64,000 nucleotides of DNA from Lophium mytilinum (lineage: Eukaryota), in NCBI GenBank assembly GCA_010093605.1, contig MU004198.1:622726-686725 (forward strand), read 5' to 3'. Positions 23,789 to 36,104 of the stretch are shown piece by piece. The first letter of the stretch is position 1; each line of letters opens with the position of its first letter. Below the pieces are notes generated by a model that was not told the DNA's origin, searched no databases, and saw only the letters and a program-made list of their open reading frames with translations. The translations under genes were made by a program, and so were the position numbers.

Positions 23789-25559
23789 TCAATCATCCAC
23801 GTAAAAGGAGGCAAGAGCAATGATGATATAGACTTTGATGAGCAAGGCACCGGTGAGCCTGCCGCTGAAATGTTAGATCTGGAACCCCTCTCGAAGTCTA
23901 GACTGAAAGTGCACATACCAGTTGGACTTCCCTTCCTGAACCACATAGGTTACAATGATAATGGAAGCGAATAGTGCGGCAACAGAAAAGCCATCAAACT
24001 CTATAGACATATCGTCGATGCCCATACACCATGCCAGGAGGACGACCAGCGGCAACACCATGAGAGAAGTCTGCATGCACCTCTCTAGCGTAAGAGCTAT
24101 GCTGATATCCATTTTGTCGCGGACTGCCATCCTGATCGAGGAAGGATCATTGCTCAAAATTGGGAGGATAACAAGACCGACGAAATTATGCGATACTCCA
24201 GCGTGCTGGAGGAGCCCTTGCAAGCTATCGGTGGCGAACTGGGTATTGAACGCAATTAGAACAACACAGGTAACTAAAGTGGCGATTCCGCCAGTAAGAC
24301 TCAGAGTGGGAATCTCAGGGTCTTCGTCGTCGCCTTCAACTACGAGTTGGGTTTGGCAGACAGAACCACCGGCCATGGCGGCAGTTCTGGCACCAACATG
24401 AGCAATTTCTCTTAGCGCCGCGGCGTCTCTGTCAACCTTTCCAGGTGAGACCTTCGCTTTCGGAGCTGCTTTCGACGGTTCATTGAACATTGATCGGTTC
24501 GTCTTGAGTTGGAAAAGAAGCCATAAGCCGTAGGAGATTAAGATGATCACAGATGTTCCTCGGGACTGAGCGCGGATACCAGCGGGAGTTGTGGAGGTCA
24601 TCAGATGTGAGGCAGTCGGAATCAATAGGCTCAAGACTGCGAGTAGCAGTAGCATACTGATGGTTTGAGCTACGCGCGGATTGAAGTACTGTTCGAGGCG
24701 GTTAATGCCCCCGAAGAAGAAGCCGAGCCCTGTCATTAATAACAGGTTCGACAATATGCTTCCTAAGAGTGAGGATTGAAGTATTAAAATCTGACGACTT
24801 TTGAGCAAGAGTATTGAGGTTATGAGCTGGACTGCGTTGCTGTAAATGCATCAGCTTGAGCGCCCTAAAAATAAGATAAGGTACAGACCTGAAAGTCATG
24901 CTTAGCAGGCCTCCAAATGTATCACCAACTCGAAGCACGAGCTCGTCTATGGCATACGATAGAATGGCTCCGGAAGGAAGTATAGCGAGGAAATTGATGG
25001 CGAAGATAGTCGGCGGGCCGGCATGCAGATAGTTGACGACAAAGCCCGCCGGGATGAACAATAAGAGCAGATTGATCCAGCTTCCAAAGACCACAGCTCG
25101 CACTTGTTGTCCAACTGGTATTTTCCCCATTAAACTCTTATACTGCCTAGGGTCTGAGACCCGTCGTCCTAAGTAAACAGATCTAAATTCATCGGGATCA
25201 TGCTGATCGCTATCGTCTTCATCGTGTTTCACACCGAGGCGAATCTTCTCTCTCCATGATTGCTTCTGATTATGCCTGAGCTGCTCCGGCTCCTCTATTG
25301 AATTCCCATCATCCGTCACAGCGGTGATCTGTGGCACGGAGCTGTTCCGAGAAGGGAGATGGGGGCTAGGAGTCTCTAGCCTTGCAGATACAGCTTCTTC
25401 GGTCCGGGCATGGACTATTTGTGTGCCATCGGCTCTTCTTCGTGCAAAAGGGTTATGAAGCGTGCGCTCAGGCCTAGCCTTGCTACGGATCGCGTCTATG
25501 AGATGATAAGTAAGAATCACCCTAGCAGAGCCTTGAGAATCTAAAGTACACATACGCAT
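23789..25559 (-). CDS. Ca2+/H+ exchanger (CAX/VCX1 family)
   Basis: WINLLLLFIPAG, GGLLSMTF, LQSSLLGSILSNLLLMTG, LLFQLKT, FVGLVILPI, DKMDISI, VQEGKSNW; three introns; last exon ends ASFYVDD*. Confidence 0.9.
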
Positions 25560-26319
25560 GGCACGGTTGTATATGGCAAAGTATATGCTATAAGGTCATT
25601 CAGCAGGATATTCTAGCACCGCTGTGAGAAAACAAGATCGATGTGAGTTGTCAGAAGGTGTATGTCTGACCTGGACAGAACGGCACTCAGCCTTGGGCAA
25701 TGGTTTTGCTTAGCCATCTCAGCCTCGTCTTGCCAAGACCACTCTTCCCTGTGGTGAGTGCTATACCGCTTCTAGAATTGGGCTAGAGCAGGCGGCAGCC
25801 TTGCAAGGTTCTCAAAAAAGGGATGGTAAGTATTACAGGATAAATTAAGTGCCTCCGGAGTATGCGGCGAAACCTTGGATCTAATGTTGAATTCCCGAGG
25901 GACTACAGGCATCATTTCCGAGTAGCTAGGTCTAATTGACTTCAAGGTAATGTATGACAGGATGCAAAAACTCGACTTCTTTCATGGACTGGGAGCAATG
26001 CTGGATCTTCGTAAAAAGACAGGATGCTGAGAGACAGTTTATGCAGTATGCAGACATTACCAAGAAGTGGGACATTTGACATTCAACAGCTCTCTACTGT
26101 GGCATATTCGGAGACGCGTTCGTAAGTTGATAGCAACCTAACTTGAAATGGCGCTTGGCACCTGGAAGCAAGAGCAGTGAATAAGAAAGGATGATGTTCT
26201 AATAGAGTGCCCCGCCATCGCGCTTTGATCACTCAGCGACTGTCACGGTTCGTCATCGGCCTGTGAACAACTTCAACCCTCAATTGAATCTACATTCTTT
26301 CTCCACCCTCATTTTTACT

Positions 26320-28119
26320 ATGGCAGACCACAATTCTGAGCCCGAAATCCCTGAGATCGTAGGCGCGGACCAGGTAATTGTCTCGAGCCATACATTGCTC
26401 CCACAAGACTAACATCCATCATGAGGGCGGCAACCTCGGCGACTATGCAGACCTCGAAGAGCTCACGCAAGAGCTGTCCGCGAGTGACTCGGAGGTCCAG
26501 AAAGCGCTCGAGGTCTGTAAGCTCCCCCCATATGCTTGCACAGCGCTTACGAAAATGTTAGGTAGTCTTTCAAGCCTCCGACGCGCACCGCCGAAAGTCC
26601 TCCCTTGTGCCCACAGAGGCGCAACGACCCGCAAACCTACGACGGCGCACGCAATGCTTCGTACACGAGCTGTTAAAGAAACAAGAGGGTCTGCATGTCG
26701 GCAGCCCTAATGGTAGCTATGTCGGGCTCGCGCAGGAAATGAAGATGGACAAAGACCCAACTCCGTGGCATGAGGGCCGACACGACTCGCGGCTTCTCAC
26801 AAAGAAGCAGATATCCGACATGGCGTTTGGAATAAGGGAGCTCGCGAAGAAGCTTTCGCATATGCAGCTGAAGATGAACGTGAAGAATGTCTTCATTTTA
26901 GCCAAAGCGCATGACGAGACGTTGATACATAATACGCGGGAGGTGGCAGAGTGGCTGCTAACAAAAGATGGTAGCTACAAGGTGTATGTATTGGCGCGTT
27001 GGTTTTTACGGGGAGGCGTTGCTCATCGCATGAACCAGATATGTCGAAGACACCTTGGAACACAACGCCATATTCAATGCAGAAGAGCTACTCAAGTCGC
27101 ACCCCGCCTTCAAGGGTCGGCTAAAATTCTGGACGAACAAATTGTGCGCTGAAAAGCCGCAAACCTTCGACATTGTGCTCGCTGTAAGCTTCAACTTCCC
27201 TAGCTGTGTACAGGTTTTAACGATAATTAGCTTGGAGGAGATGGCACGGTGCTATACGCTAGCTGGTTATTTCAAAGGATCGTTCCTCCGGTACTTGCCT
27301 TCTCCCTCGGTTCTCTAGGTTTCCTTACCAAATTCGACTATGACGCATTTCCTCAGACGCTCACTCAGTCTTTTCTAGACGGCATTACTGTCAGTCTTCG
27401 ACTGCGATTCGAGGCCACAGTGATGCGATCGCAGAGGGGCAAAAATGGGAATAGTCAGCGGGACTTAGACTTAGTCGAAGAACTCATTGGAGAAGAGAGC
27501 GAAGACAACCATACTCATAAGCCTGACAGTACTCATAATATCCTCAATGAAGTTGTAGTAGATCGAGGGCCCAACCCAAGTACGAAGTCCCGCCCTTCAA
27601 ACATAGCAGCGCTAATGTTAGCCTCCAGCAATGTCTACTATAGAGCTTTTCGGCGACGACGAACACTACACAAGTGTGCAAGCCGATGGTATCTGCGTGT
27701 CTACTCCAACAGGCTCCACGGCATATAACCTCGCCGCTGGTGGTTCGTTATGCCATCCCGATAACCCTGTCATTCTGGTCACGGCGATATGCGCCCATAC
27801 GCTCTCGTTTCGACCAATCATTCTCCCGGATACTATAGTACTGCGAACAGGCGTGCCCTACGACGCTAGGACGAGTTCATGGGCTAGTTTTGATGGAAGA
27901 GAACGGTAGGATTTGCCGCTGATTTGACTTCAACACAACGCTGACAGTACTAGTGTTGAACTCCGGCCTGGTGACTACGTAACGATCTCAGCATCCCGCT
28001 TCCCATTCCCAAGTGTGCTTCCAATAGGGCGCCGGAATAAGGACTGGATAGATAGTATATCAAGAACGCTGAATTGGAATTCGAGACAGCGGCAGAAGAG
28101 CTACAAGGAATGGAGTTGA
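26320..28119 (+). CDS. ATP-NAD/NADH kinase (Utr1-like), multi-intron
   Basis: [69 protein letters not shown]. Confidence 0.93.
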
Positions 28120-28486
28120 GATACTAGGCCGGTTAGGTTTCAGACTTTTGTTTCAAAACTATACCATGGGTTTGGAATGGGCTTGATTGAATACCATAGA
28201 GACGATCTGATGCCCAGTTCTGTCTAAATTTAGATGATACTATTTGAAGTCCCACAACAATTATATATCGCCTCATGAATGCGATGTTGTTAGACGTATG
28301 ATAATTAGCCAATCACATCCAACCAATCCTACTAGCTCCCATCTCATCCAACCTCACCTCTTCATCGACGTAGTCATTCCATTCCCCCAGTCCCATAAGT
28401 TCTTTCCGAGCTATTCTACAGATCGCTTTCTACGTCCTCAAACTCGTAACCCACCTTAACAATTTATCGTGAGCCTTTTCCACGCC

Positions 28487-29851
28487 ATGGGCCGCACCGA
28501 ACCCTCGGCCGGCATCGCCCCGCAAGCTCACAGGAAAGATGTGCGAGCCAAGCTAGCTAAAGCCATCATCAATAAAACCATTCCGACGATCATAAATAAA
28601 AGTGCAAGAGCGGCGAAAGGGGTTAACGAGTCGACGTTGGTTGTAGATCCGCTACCTGCGGGGCAAAAAGATGGGACGGGGAAGGCTAAAGACGCACATT
28701 CCGATACTCCGGCGCTAGGGAACCGGAAAGGGAAAGCAAAGAACAAAGGCAAAGGCAAGAAAAAAGGCGACGAAGTAGAGTTCGAGGAAGAGGTGCAGGA
28801 TCCCGGCATACCGAAATCAGCGCAGATCTCGAAAGACAAATCTAAGACTAAGCCTCGAGAAAAGATCAGGATTCGTATTCTGCACACCGATACCCTGACC
28901 GCCGCTATTCATATCTCTGCCCCTCTGAACCCGAAAGATCATTCTACACATTCTAATGTCACGGTCCTCAACATGGCTTCCCCCCTGCGGCCGGGCGGGG
29001 GCGTCCTCACAGGCGCTACTTCACAAGAAGAGTTTCTCTGCGCGCGGACAACTCTGCTCCCCTCTTTACATGAGCGTTTCTACCGTCTCCCCACTATCGG
29101 TGGTGTTGTGTCACGTGATGTACTCGTCTTTCGCGGGTCAGGGGCGCTGGATACACCTGAGCTGCCGGCGAAGGAGCGGTGGTGGGTTGATGTGGTGAGC
29201 GCGGGGATGTTGCGGTTCCCAGATGTGGTGGAGGAAGAGGTAGATGGGGAGATGGTGAAGAAGTACCTGAGCGCGAAAGATAGGGAGACAGCGAAGAAGA
29301 TGATCAGAGCTGTGATGCGGATGTGCGTGAGGACGGGACGAAAGAAGGTGGTCTTGGGAGCTTGGGGGTGTGGAGCCTATGGGAACCCGGTCATGGAGAC
29401 TGCGAAGGCGTGGAGGGAGGTGCTGCTGGGAGGAGAGGAGAGCTGGGAACCGGTTGAGGAGGTCGTGTTTGGGATTCTGGATAGGAAGATGGCAGGGGAG
29501 TTTGCGGGGTGGTTTGGGGAGGGGGTAAAAGTCGAGGATGAGGAGGTACCTAAGGTTGGGAAGAGATTGGGTCAGATTGACAAGGACGAGGAACTTGATG
29601 AAGAGGAAGATAAGGAGGAGCTGAGGGTTAAAATCAAGGAGATGGAGGATCGTATTGAGCGGGTTCATCTTCCTCAGCTGAGAGTAACGCTTGAGGGGGT
29701 CTTAGATGGCATGAGAAAGCAGTTGGCTAATAGGGAGGGCAGCCATCCTGATGAGCTTGATGATACTTTCTCGAACGGCGGAGACAGCTCGCAGGATGCG
29801 CTGCATATCGAGGATGATCACGAAGAAACCGATGAGGAGTCAGACAACTAA
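28487..29851 (+). CDS. Macrodomain protein of the microbial PARG type (TIGR02452/DUF2263-like)
   Basis: VLNMASPLRPGGGVLTGATSQEEFLCART (GGG-x-QEE PARG motif) and VLGAWGCGAYGNP. Confidence 0.88.
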   Translation: MGRTEPSAGIAPQAHRKDVRAKLAKAIINKTIPTIINKSARAAKGVNESTLVVDPLPAGQKDGTGKAKDAHSDTPALGNRKGKAKNKGKGKKKGDEVEFEEEVQDPGIPKSAQISKDKSKTKPREKIRIRILHTDTLTAAIHISAPLNPKDHSTHSNVTVLNMASPLRPGGGVLTGATSQEEFLCARTTLLPSLHERFYRLPTIGGVVSRDVLVFRGSGALDTPELPAKERWWVDVVSAGMLRFPDVVEEEVDGEMVKKYLSAKDRETAKKMIRAVMRMCVRTGRKKVVLGAWGCGAYGNPVMETAKAWREVLLGGEESWEPVEEVVFGILDRKMAGEFAGWFGEGVKVEDEEVPKVGKRLGQIDKDEELDEEEDKEELRVKIKEMEDRIERVHLPQLRVTLEGVLDGMRKQLANREGSHPDELDDTFSNGGDSSQDALHIEDDHEETDEESDN

Positions 29852-30305
29852 AACGAAGTGTCTCCTAGCGGAATAATATCAACCTCGACGCACTCATTAA
29901 CGTGAGCTGGGAAGTTCATAATCGTTTCTGATGAAACGTTTCATCAAGGTCAAATTTTCAAAACAATACTTTGAAGTGCTACAGACTATAGCAATAGAGG
30001 GTATAGGGAGATATGAGGATACTGGGGGAGAAAGGTACTAAGCAATCAGCGGAGATTGGCTCTACTATGAGTGAATACTGGTCTCCGGCCCTCAAAAGTC
30101 TCATCTGCGACAACGCTTAGGTGCTTTGCCATCAACAACAACATCACAACCATAAAGCATCTCACTCAGCCACTTCCATGTTTCCACAATAGAGGCTGTA
30201 GCTGATAGTAAACTGACAGTAGGGTGAGCGACTCTCTCTCCAACGTCCCAAACCTAGATCAAGCTGACTGTGTTCACAAGATATCGACTACTTGGGCGGC
30301 GCACC

Positions 30306-31379
30306 ATGAGTGATCTCGTGGACAGCGGCTCCCAAATCGCCAACCTAGGTTGCGGACATTTTCGCCTGCTCGATCTTCCACGGGAATTGCGCAACCACAT
30401 ATACTACTTCGCCCTCGTCCGCGAGAAGATCGAAATCGTGGAGAATCAGGAAGAAGCGCTCGGGATCCTTGACCGAACTACCTGGGAGAGCTACAGCTCA
30501 TATCAAGCCTATCCCGGAAAATATCGCCAACGCAAGTCTACCTACCACAAGATCCACTCCGTCTATAATGATCCATATGTGAACCTATTCCTCGTCAATC
30601 GCCAGGTGTACTCGGAAGCCGCGGGAATCTTCTACACCCAAAACATCTTCAGGTTCGATCTCATCAGAAGCTGTCTCAGCTGCTATATTGTTGCCGGATT
30701 TCTTAAAGATCGCCCACGCTTTGCCAAGGAAAGTATGCGCTCTATCCAGTTGGTGAATGTAGGAGGACAGTCGCGAGACACGCCGGTACTTTGTTTCGAA
30801 TCGGATTTCGCCAGTCAGTCCTGGAAGCGCTCTATCAGCGTGCTTCGACAACTTACGGGTCTGCGGTCTCTAGCAATCCAACTTGATGGTTGGCCTTCGC
30901 CAGAGACAGTGGAACAGTGGGTGCCCCTCGATCGATTTGAAATCCTAAGTTTGCGAAGCGCAACTAGGAACATCCAGGAAGACCGTGAGAAATGGAAGCA
31001 GTCCCTTCTTGCGTCCTTTCCAAGCATCTCAGAGCTCCACCTTGTAGCGACTCTTGTCATCGCTCCGCCGCGCGATCCTATCCGTCCCGTTCCCAAAATG
31101 ATGTTCGAAAAGCTAGGCCGAGACATGATAGGAGTGATTACGGAGCTATCAAACGGCCTGTGCAAACAGATCGACCGCACCGAGGAGGCTGGATTCAAGG
31201 TACTACTACAGCAGCCGGAATCTTGGAAGTTTCCCCATTCACGTGGAAAAATGCTGGTTGAGTGCAAGATCAACACGAAGGACTCCTGGACCCTATCTGA
31301 AGATATCTGGCCTGGAAGTGAAGTCGAGGAAATCCAAACATCCATCGACGGTGCAGCTGGAGAGAACGGCCACGAGTAG
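30306..31379 (+). CDS. Fungal hypothetical protein with N-terminal F-box-like motif
   Basis: FRLLDLPRELRNHIYYFAL...LFLVNRQVYSEAAGIFYTQNIFRF. Confidence 0.75.
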   Translation: MSDLVDSGSQIANLGCGHFRLLDLPRELRNHIYYFALVREKIEIVENQEEALGILDRTTWESYSSYQAYPGKYRQRKSTYHKIHSVYNDPYVNLFLVNRQVYSEAAGIFYTQNIFRFDLIRSCLSCYIVAGFLKDRPRFAKESMRSIQLVNVGGQSRDTPVLCFESDFASQSWKRSISVLRQLTGLRSLAIQLDGWPSPETVEQWVPLDRFEILSLRSATRNIQEDREKWKQSLLASFPSISELHLVATLVIAPPRDPIRPVPKMMFEKLGRDMIGVITELSNGLCKQIDRTEEAGFKVLLQQPESWKFPHSRGKMLVECKINTKDSWTLSEDIWPGSEVEEIQTSIDGAAGENGHE

Positions 31380-32459
31380 AATAAGCGAAAGTCACCGACG
31401 GATCAAAGGCGGGCCTCTTGCCTTGAAGCTTGGTAAACAAGGTTGGACATGATACTCCTGGTTCTTTTGGTGCGTTCTTTCGTTTCAACTCTACGGGCAG
31501 CTTGAGAAGGTGTGATGGCACCAATCGATTCCTGCCTGATCTCCGAAGCGAGAGGTTCTGGGAACAGGCTGCCATTTCTCACAGAGTTTGGGCTCCAATT
31601 AGATCACAGGAGCACAGATCAGTGAACAGTTTTCAAAAAATGTCAAACAAACCTATGTGACTCGTTGAGAATATGCTCTAAGTCCGCCCTTACTCGTCTC
31701 TACTTTACAGCGCCCTGAAACCCAAGACCCACACGTACATGGGAGAAGCATTCACTCATCGAGGAATATGCACGCATGGGACTATGACCTGCATAGAATC
31801 CACCCGGAAGCGTAAGAGAGTGGCATAGGCGTGGTGCTCATGGAGCTGATGGAATAACGGATGTCCCAAAGTGTGAGGTGTGGTGGGATCTGACATTAGG
31901 GGAAAAGAGGACCGAAAGCTTGGACCTCGAAGGCCAGCCTTCTCCGCATTCATCTGCCTATCCAACCATGAGTCCTCGAATAATCTCGAGCCAAAACTGA
32001 CAACTTATAGAACGGGACAGTATTCGGGGGCTCTTCATTGGTGTCGCCAGAATAGCTCATGCGAATCTGAGCGTCGATTGCTTCTCAGCTAGATATCATT
32101 GAGCACATGAGTCCGCTAATTTATCTGTCTGGTATTTGAGAATGCGATATATGGGACTAACAGCTTAGATATGATGTAGACTTACGGGCTTACACACTAG
32201 GCTTAGACTTGCGGTCCCCTTAAGCTGCTGAAAGATACAAATCAAAGACGAAACTTTTGCTACACCATCCCATGCATTGCTCCCAAGCACTAGCTTCTTA
32301 CAACCCATCAACTACACACATCTCCCCCAACTCCTCCGGCAGCCTGTCCTCACTCATGAAGTCATATTGAAACATCGAATCACGAAATGCTTCGAATAGT
32401 TATATTCTTAAGTATGCTGAGCCTTCCGCTATGTCACCACTCTCGCATGTGCACCGCAC

Positions 32460-35241
32460 TTAGGCAACATAATTATATGCCCCAGTATCCCCCCTCTCCA
32501 TATAATCCTTCTCGATCAAGCGGTCGATGTTCCGCTTGATCCCAGCCATATCCAACGTGCCCCGATTCTTCGTGACTTTGATAGTTTCCGCCACGAGCTC
32601 CGCGTGCGTGATGGTTTTCCGGCTCTTCATGATTCGCACAATGGCGGCCTGAGTCTCAAAGTTGCGATCTTCGGCAACGCGCTCGTGCGTCTCCTTGTTC
32701 TCCTCCTTAGTCTCTTTGAGCTGCACAGTATTGATCTTGATACGGTATTTCGGGTCGCTAAAATTAGCGTTGAGAGAGAATTGGTCTGTGGGGTTAATGT
32801 CACGGCCTTTGGGGTGTTTGGTGATGGGACGGAGTTTAGCGCAGGCGAGGGACTGTAGCGTGCGAGAAAGCTCGGCAGGCGCTGATGAAGGTTAGTGAAT
32901 CGGAGGGGAGATGATGCTAAGGGGATGACATACGTAGCCCGGTGGCCTCCTTGAGATGCTGATAGCTGAGCTTCTCGTCGGCACCCAAGTCGTTGAATAG
33001 CAGCAATACGATTGCCTGGAACGAGCTGACGACTAACTCCTTGTTTCCTTTGGGAAACTTAGCCTTGATTTGACAATGCGCCAGAGCGTGCTTCCAATCC
33101 AACTTTCGCCCCTTGTGCTTGCTTTCATAATGAACCTCGAATTTATCAATCGCATTCTTGATGTCGCTGGGAATGATGACTTTGATATCTGGAAAGGTAG
33201 GCCACGCAGCTGCGGACAGGATGTTGACGGAAAGATCCACAGACTGCTTCTCTGACCGTTCCGCCATCCTAGATTTATAGGATGCCATCTCTTCTCGCGC
33301 GAGCTCAACGTCCTTGAACATCTGCTCTAAGTTGGCGGTAAAGGTGGATCCGCACTCTGTTTTTAGTTTGGCTAGCATACTTCTCTCAGCATCGGCACTT
33401 GCACTTCGACCCATGAGTAGTCGCCTGGCGAGATCTCTCTTGTAAAATGCCTCGAACACGGCCTTGCCATGGACAAACCGAAAGAGATCGAGAACCTGGT
33501 CAAGTTGGCTGTTGATCTCAGTATCCTCGTCGAATATGATTTCCTCATTGTCATCTTCAGCCACAGTCACGGACTTGGATGCAATTGACGATAGTTGTGC
33601 AGGAATGGCCTTTGCTCCGCCTCTTAGGAGCATGTCCACATACTTTGCGATCATTTCCCCAGGCTTGGAGTTGTCCGTGTTCCATGTCGCGGTAGTCTTC
33701 TTGGTTTTGTTCATAAAAGCCTCAAAGCATTCCCGGAGGGCATGGCCCAGATGCTCGTCCCGGTGGAAAGACACCTTCCAGATAGTATCGAGCTGCCTCT
33801 TCAAGCATAGGAGTTTCACAACCATGTCATCTTGCTCTTTGTCGTCGAATACAATACCAGTCCCGGTATCATCGATCCACTTTTCAAATGAAGGGCGTAA
33901 GCTCGAACCGAGGCGTCGTCGTTCCAAGAGTGTGTATAGCTGTTCCAGTGACTGAGCTTTGTTCTCATCTAATAAATCGGCGACGTCGTCTTGATTGACG
34001 AGCCGATCTTTCCGCTTCTCAATCAGATGATCTTCGAGAAGTGCGAGAAGGTCCCTTCTCGTAGTAGAATCCAAGCTAAATATTTCCACGCGCTCCATCT
34101 CGCTCCTGATCAACCTCACCGAGCTTTCAACGTATTCCGGGAGAGCTTGGTCTGCGCTTTCCCTGACTGCCCATTCCGCAACAAATGATTGCGAGAGCTC
34201 CAGCATTCGCGGCTCAAACGATGTTGTGTACACTTGCATCTTGTGGAACATTTTGACAGTCTCCGAGAAAAGCTGGCGGTCTAGATTCTCTCCTGATCGG
34301 TCGGCTGAGATCAAATCGCAGGCCCCGTCCACTATCCTTGGATTCAGCTGCGGGTCTTCGAAGACAATGCTGCGGAACATCGATATGGCTATGTCTTCTA
34401 GCGATTTGGACCGTTGAAGTAGGTACGAGCGGTCCATGTAGCAGAAAATCCAGTAGACATATTTCTGTCCTTTAGTCAGCACTCATCCACGGGTTCCTCG
34501 TCCGTCACATACCAGTTGCTCATTCCACGTTGTCCAAGCTGTCAAAGTAGCCCTAAGCAGATCCACACTCTTGTTCCCCAGCTTCTCCAGCAGCGGCCCT
34601 CGCAGTCCCTCCGCCACGTACTTCTCGCTTATCTTCTCCAGCCTGGTGCAAACTTCCTGTGCATGCCCCTGTCTGCATAGATTCTCTACGCCCCGGTATA
34701 GCTCCTCCAACGAAAAGTCCAGCTTCTCACTCTTGAACACAACCGCCAATGCCTTGTCCAGCTTCTCCCATACTTGGTTGAGATATATCGCCGGATCCGT
34801 CTTCGCCTGCGGCCTAAAGTTCTTGACTACTAGCTTCCTCGCTCCCAGATGTGGATTGAAGTTCGGCTTGTTGGTTCTCACCGCAGTCTTTCGCGGACTG
34901 TTTCCTGGTGACTTAGTGAGGTCCACAGTGTTGTTTGTCGGAAAGGAATACATCTTGTCGGGTGGAAGCGGGGCGGAGGCTGGTATAGAAGGTGGGGAAG
35001 CGATAGGTGCGGGCGAATCGAGCTTTAGGCGCTTGCTCGAGGGCGAGAGGACACGCGTGTCTAGCGGCTTCTGCTGCGAGTTCGAGAAGAGTTCAGATAT
35101 AGTCTGCTGCTTGTGCGCGTTGGCAATGCTGTCGGCAGCGGCGGCAGAGGTGGAGGAGTGGCGTGGATGCTTCCGTTTTCTGTCCGCCGGGATTCTGTCG
35201 TGGGTGCTGGCTGATGTGGGTGGATTCTGCATCGAAAGCAT
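32460..35241 (-). CDS. CUL4: Cullin-4
   Basis: ARKLVVKN, SLEELYRGVENLC, FEAFYKRDLARRLLMGRSASADAE, neddylation motif AAIVRIMKSRK, C-terminal YNYVA; two introns. Confidence 0.93.
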
Positions 35242-36104
35242 GCAAGGTCCCTAGGGACGGTCAGAGGTCGTTGGCTGTCGGGGTGGTGAATATGTGATAC
35301 TAGTCGTAGAAAGATGACGCGAAGATAGTGGATGAGCTCCCGAGATGGCATGCATGGATCGTTAATTGGCTCCAGCTCGGGGTCGATTAGACGACATCAG
35401 AAAGCTTCCCTCTGTCAAGTTGCATCTCATGTTCAGTGTCCGTCTTGGGAAGAGCGCTGGCCGACGATCTTTGAATTGATCGCTTGCTCTGACATGAGTT
35501 GGGAGAGGCTTCAATGTTGTTGTCACCATCATGAGGCCGCAAATCGCCCGTTGCCGGAGGCGTCCCGAGGCTTCATCCACGACTTGTTATTATCGTGTGT
35601 CCATGTTTATCTACTCAAACGAAATAAGTGCCCTGCTTTGACGCGTACAAAGATCCGTGCCGTTCAGGTAGCTAGAGTACAGGAACCATGGTACCTGAGT
35701 GCCACTAATATCCCCTTTTGAATTGCCCTGTCAGGTACTGTACAACCTCACTTTTGCCAATCTGTGCAGGACTATAGGCACTTCATTCTCTGAATAGATG
35801 CAAAAATCCTTCATTATGTCAGGCGGGTCTTGCAAGGCCGTGTTTCATTCAGCAATGCGTTCTAGCCATGTCGTTTTCCCCCTAGCTTACTCTGCTGAGC
35901 AATCCTCTACAATCTCTCTTCTCCGCAAGCCCCAAAACGAGATCCATTCGTCTCATAGTCAAACTAACGGAAACATTGAGGCGGAGCATGTATCGGGCGA
36001 ATGCAGCGTCAAGCGCATAAACGGTATGTTTGTGAATGCTTCCCTTCACACATTTTACCTACATGTACAGAAGAGCAGAAGACGCTCTCACCAGAAAGTC
36101 AACC

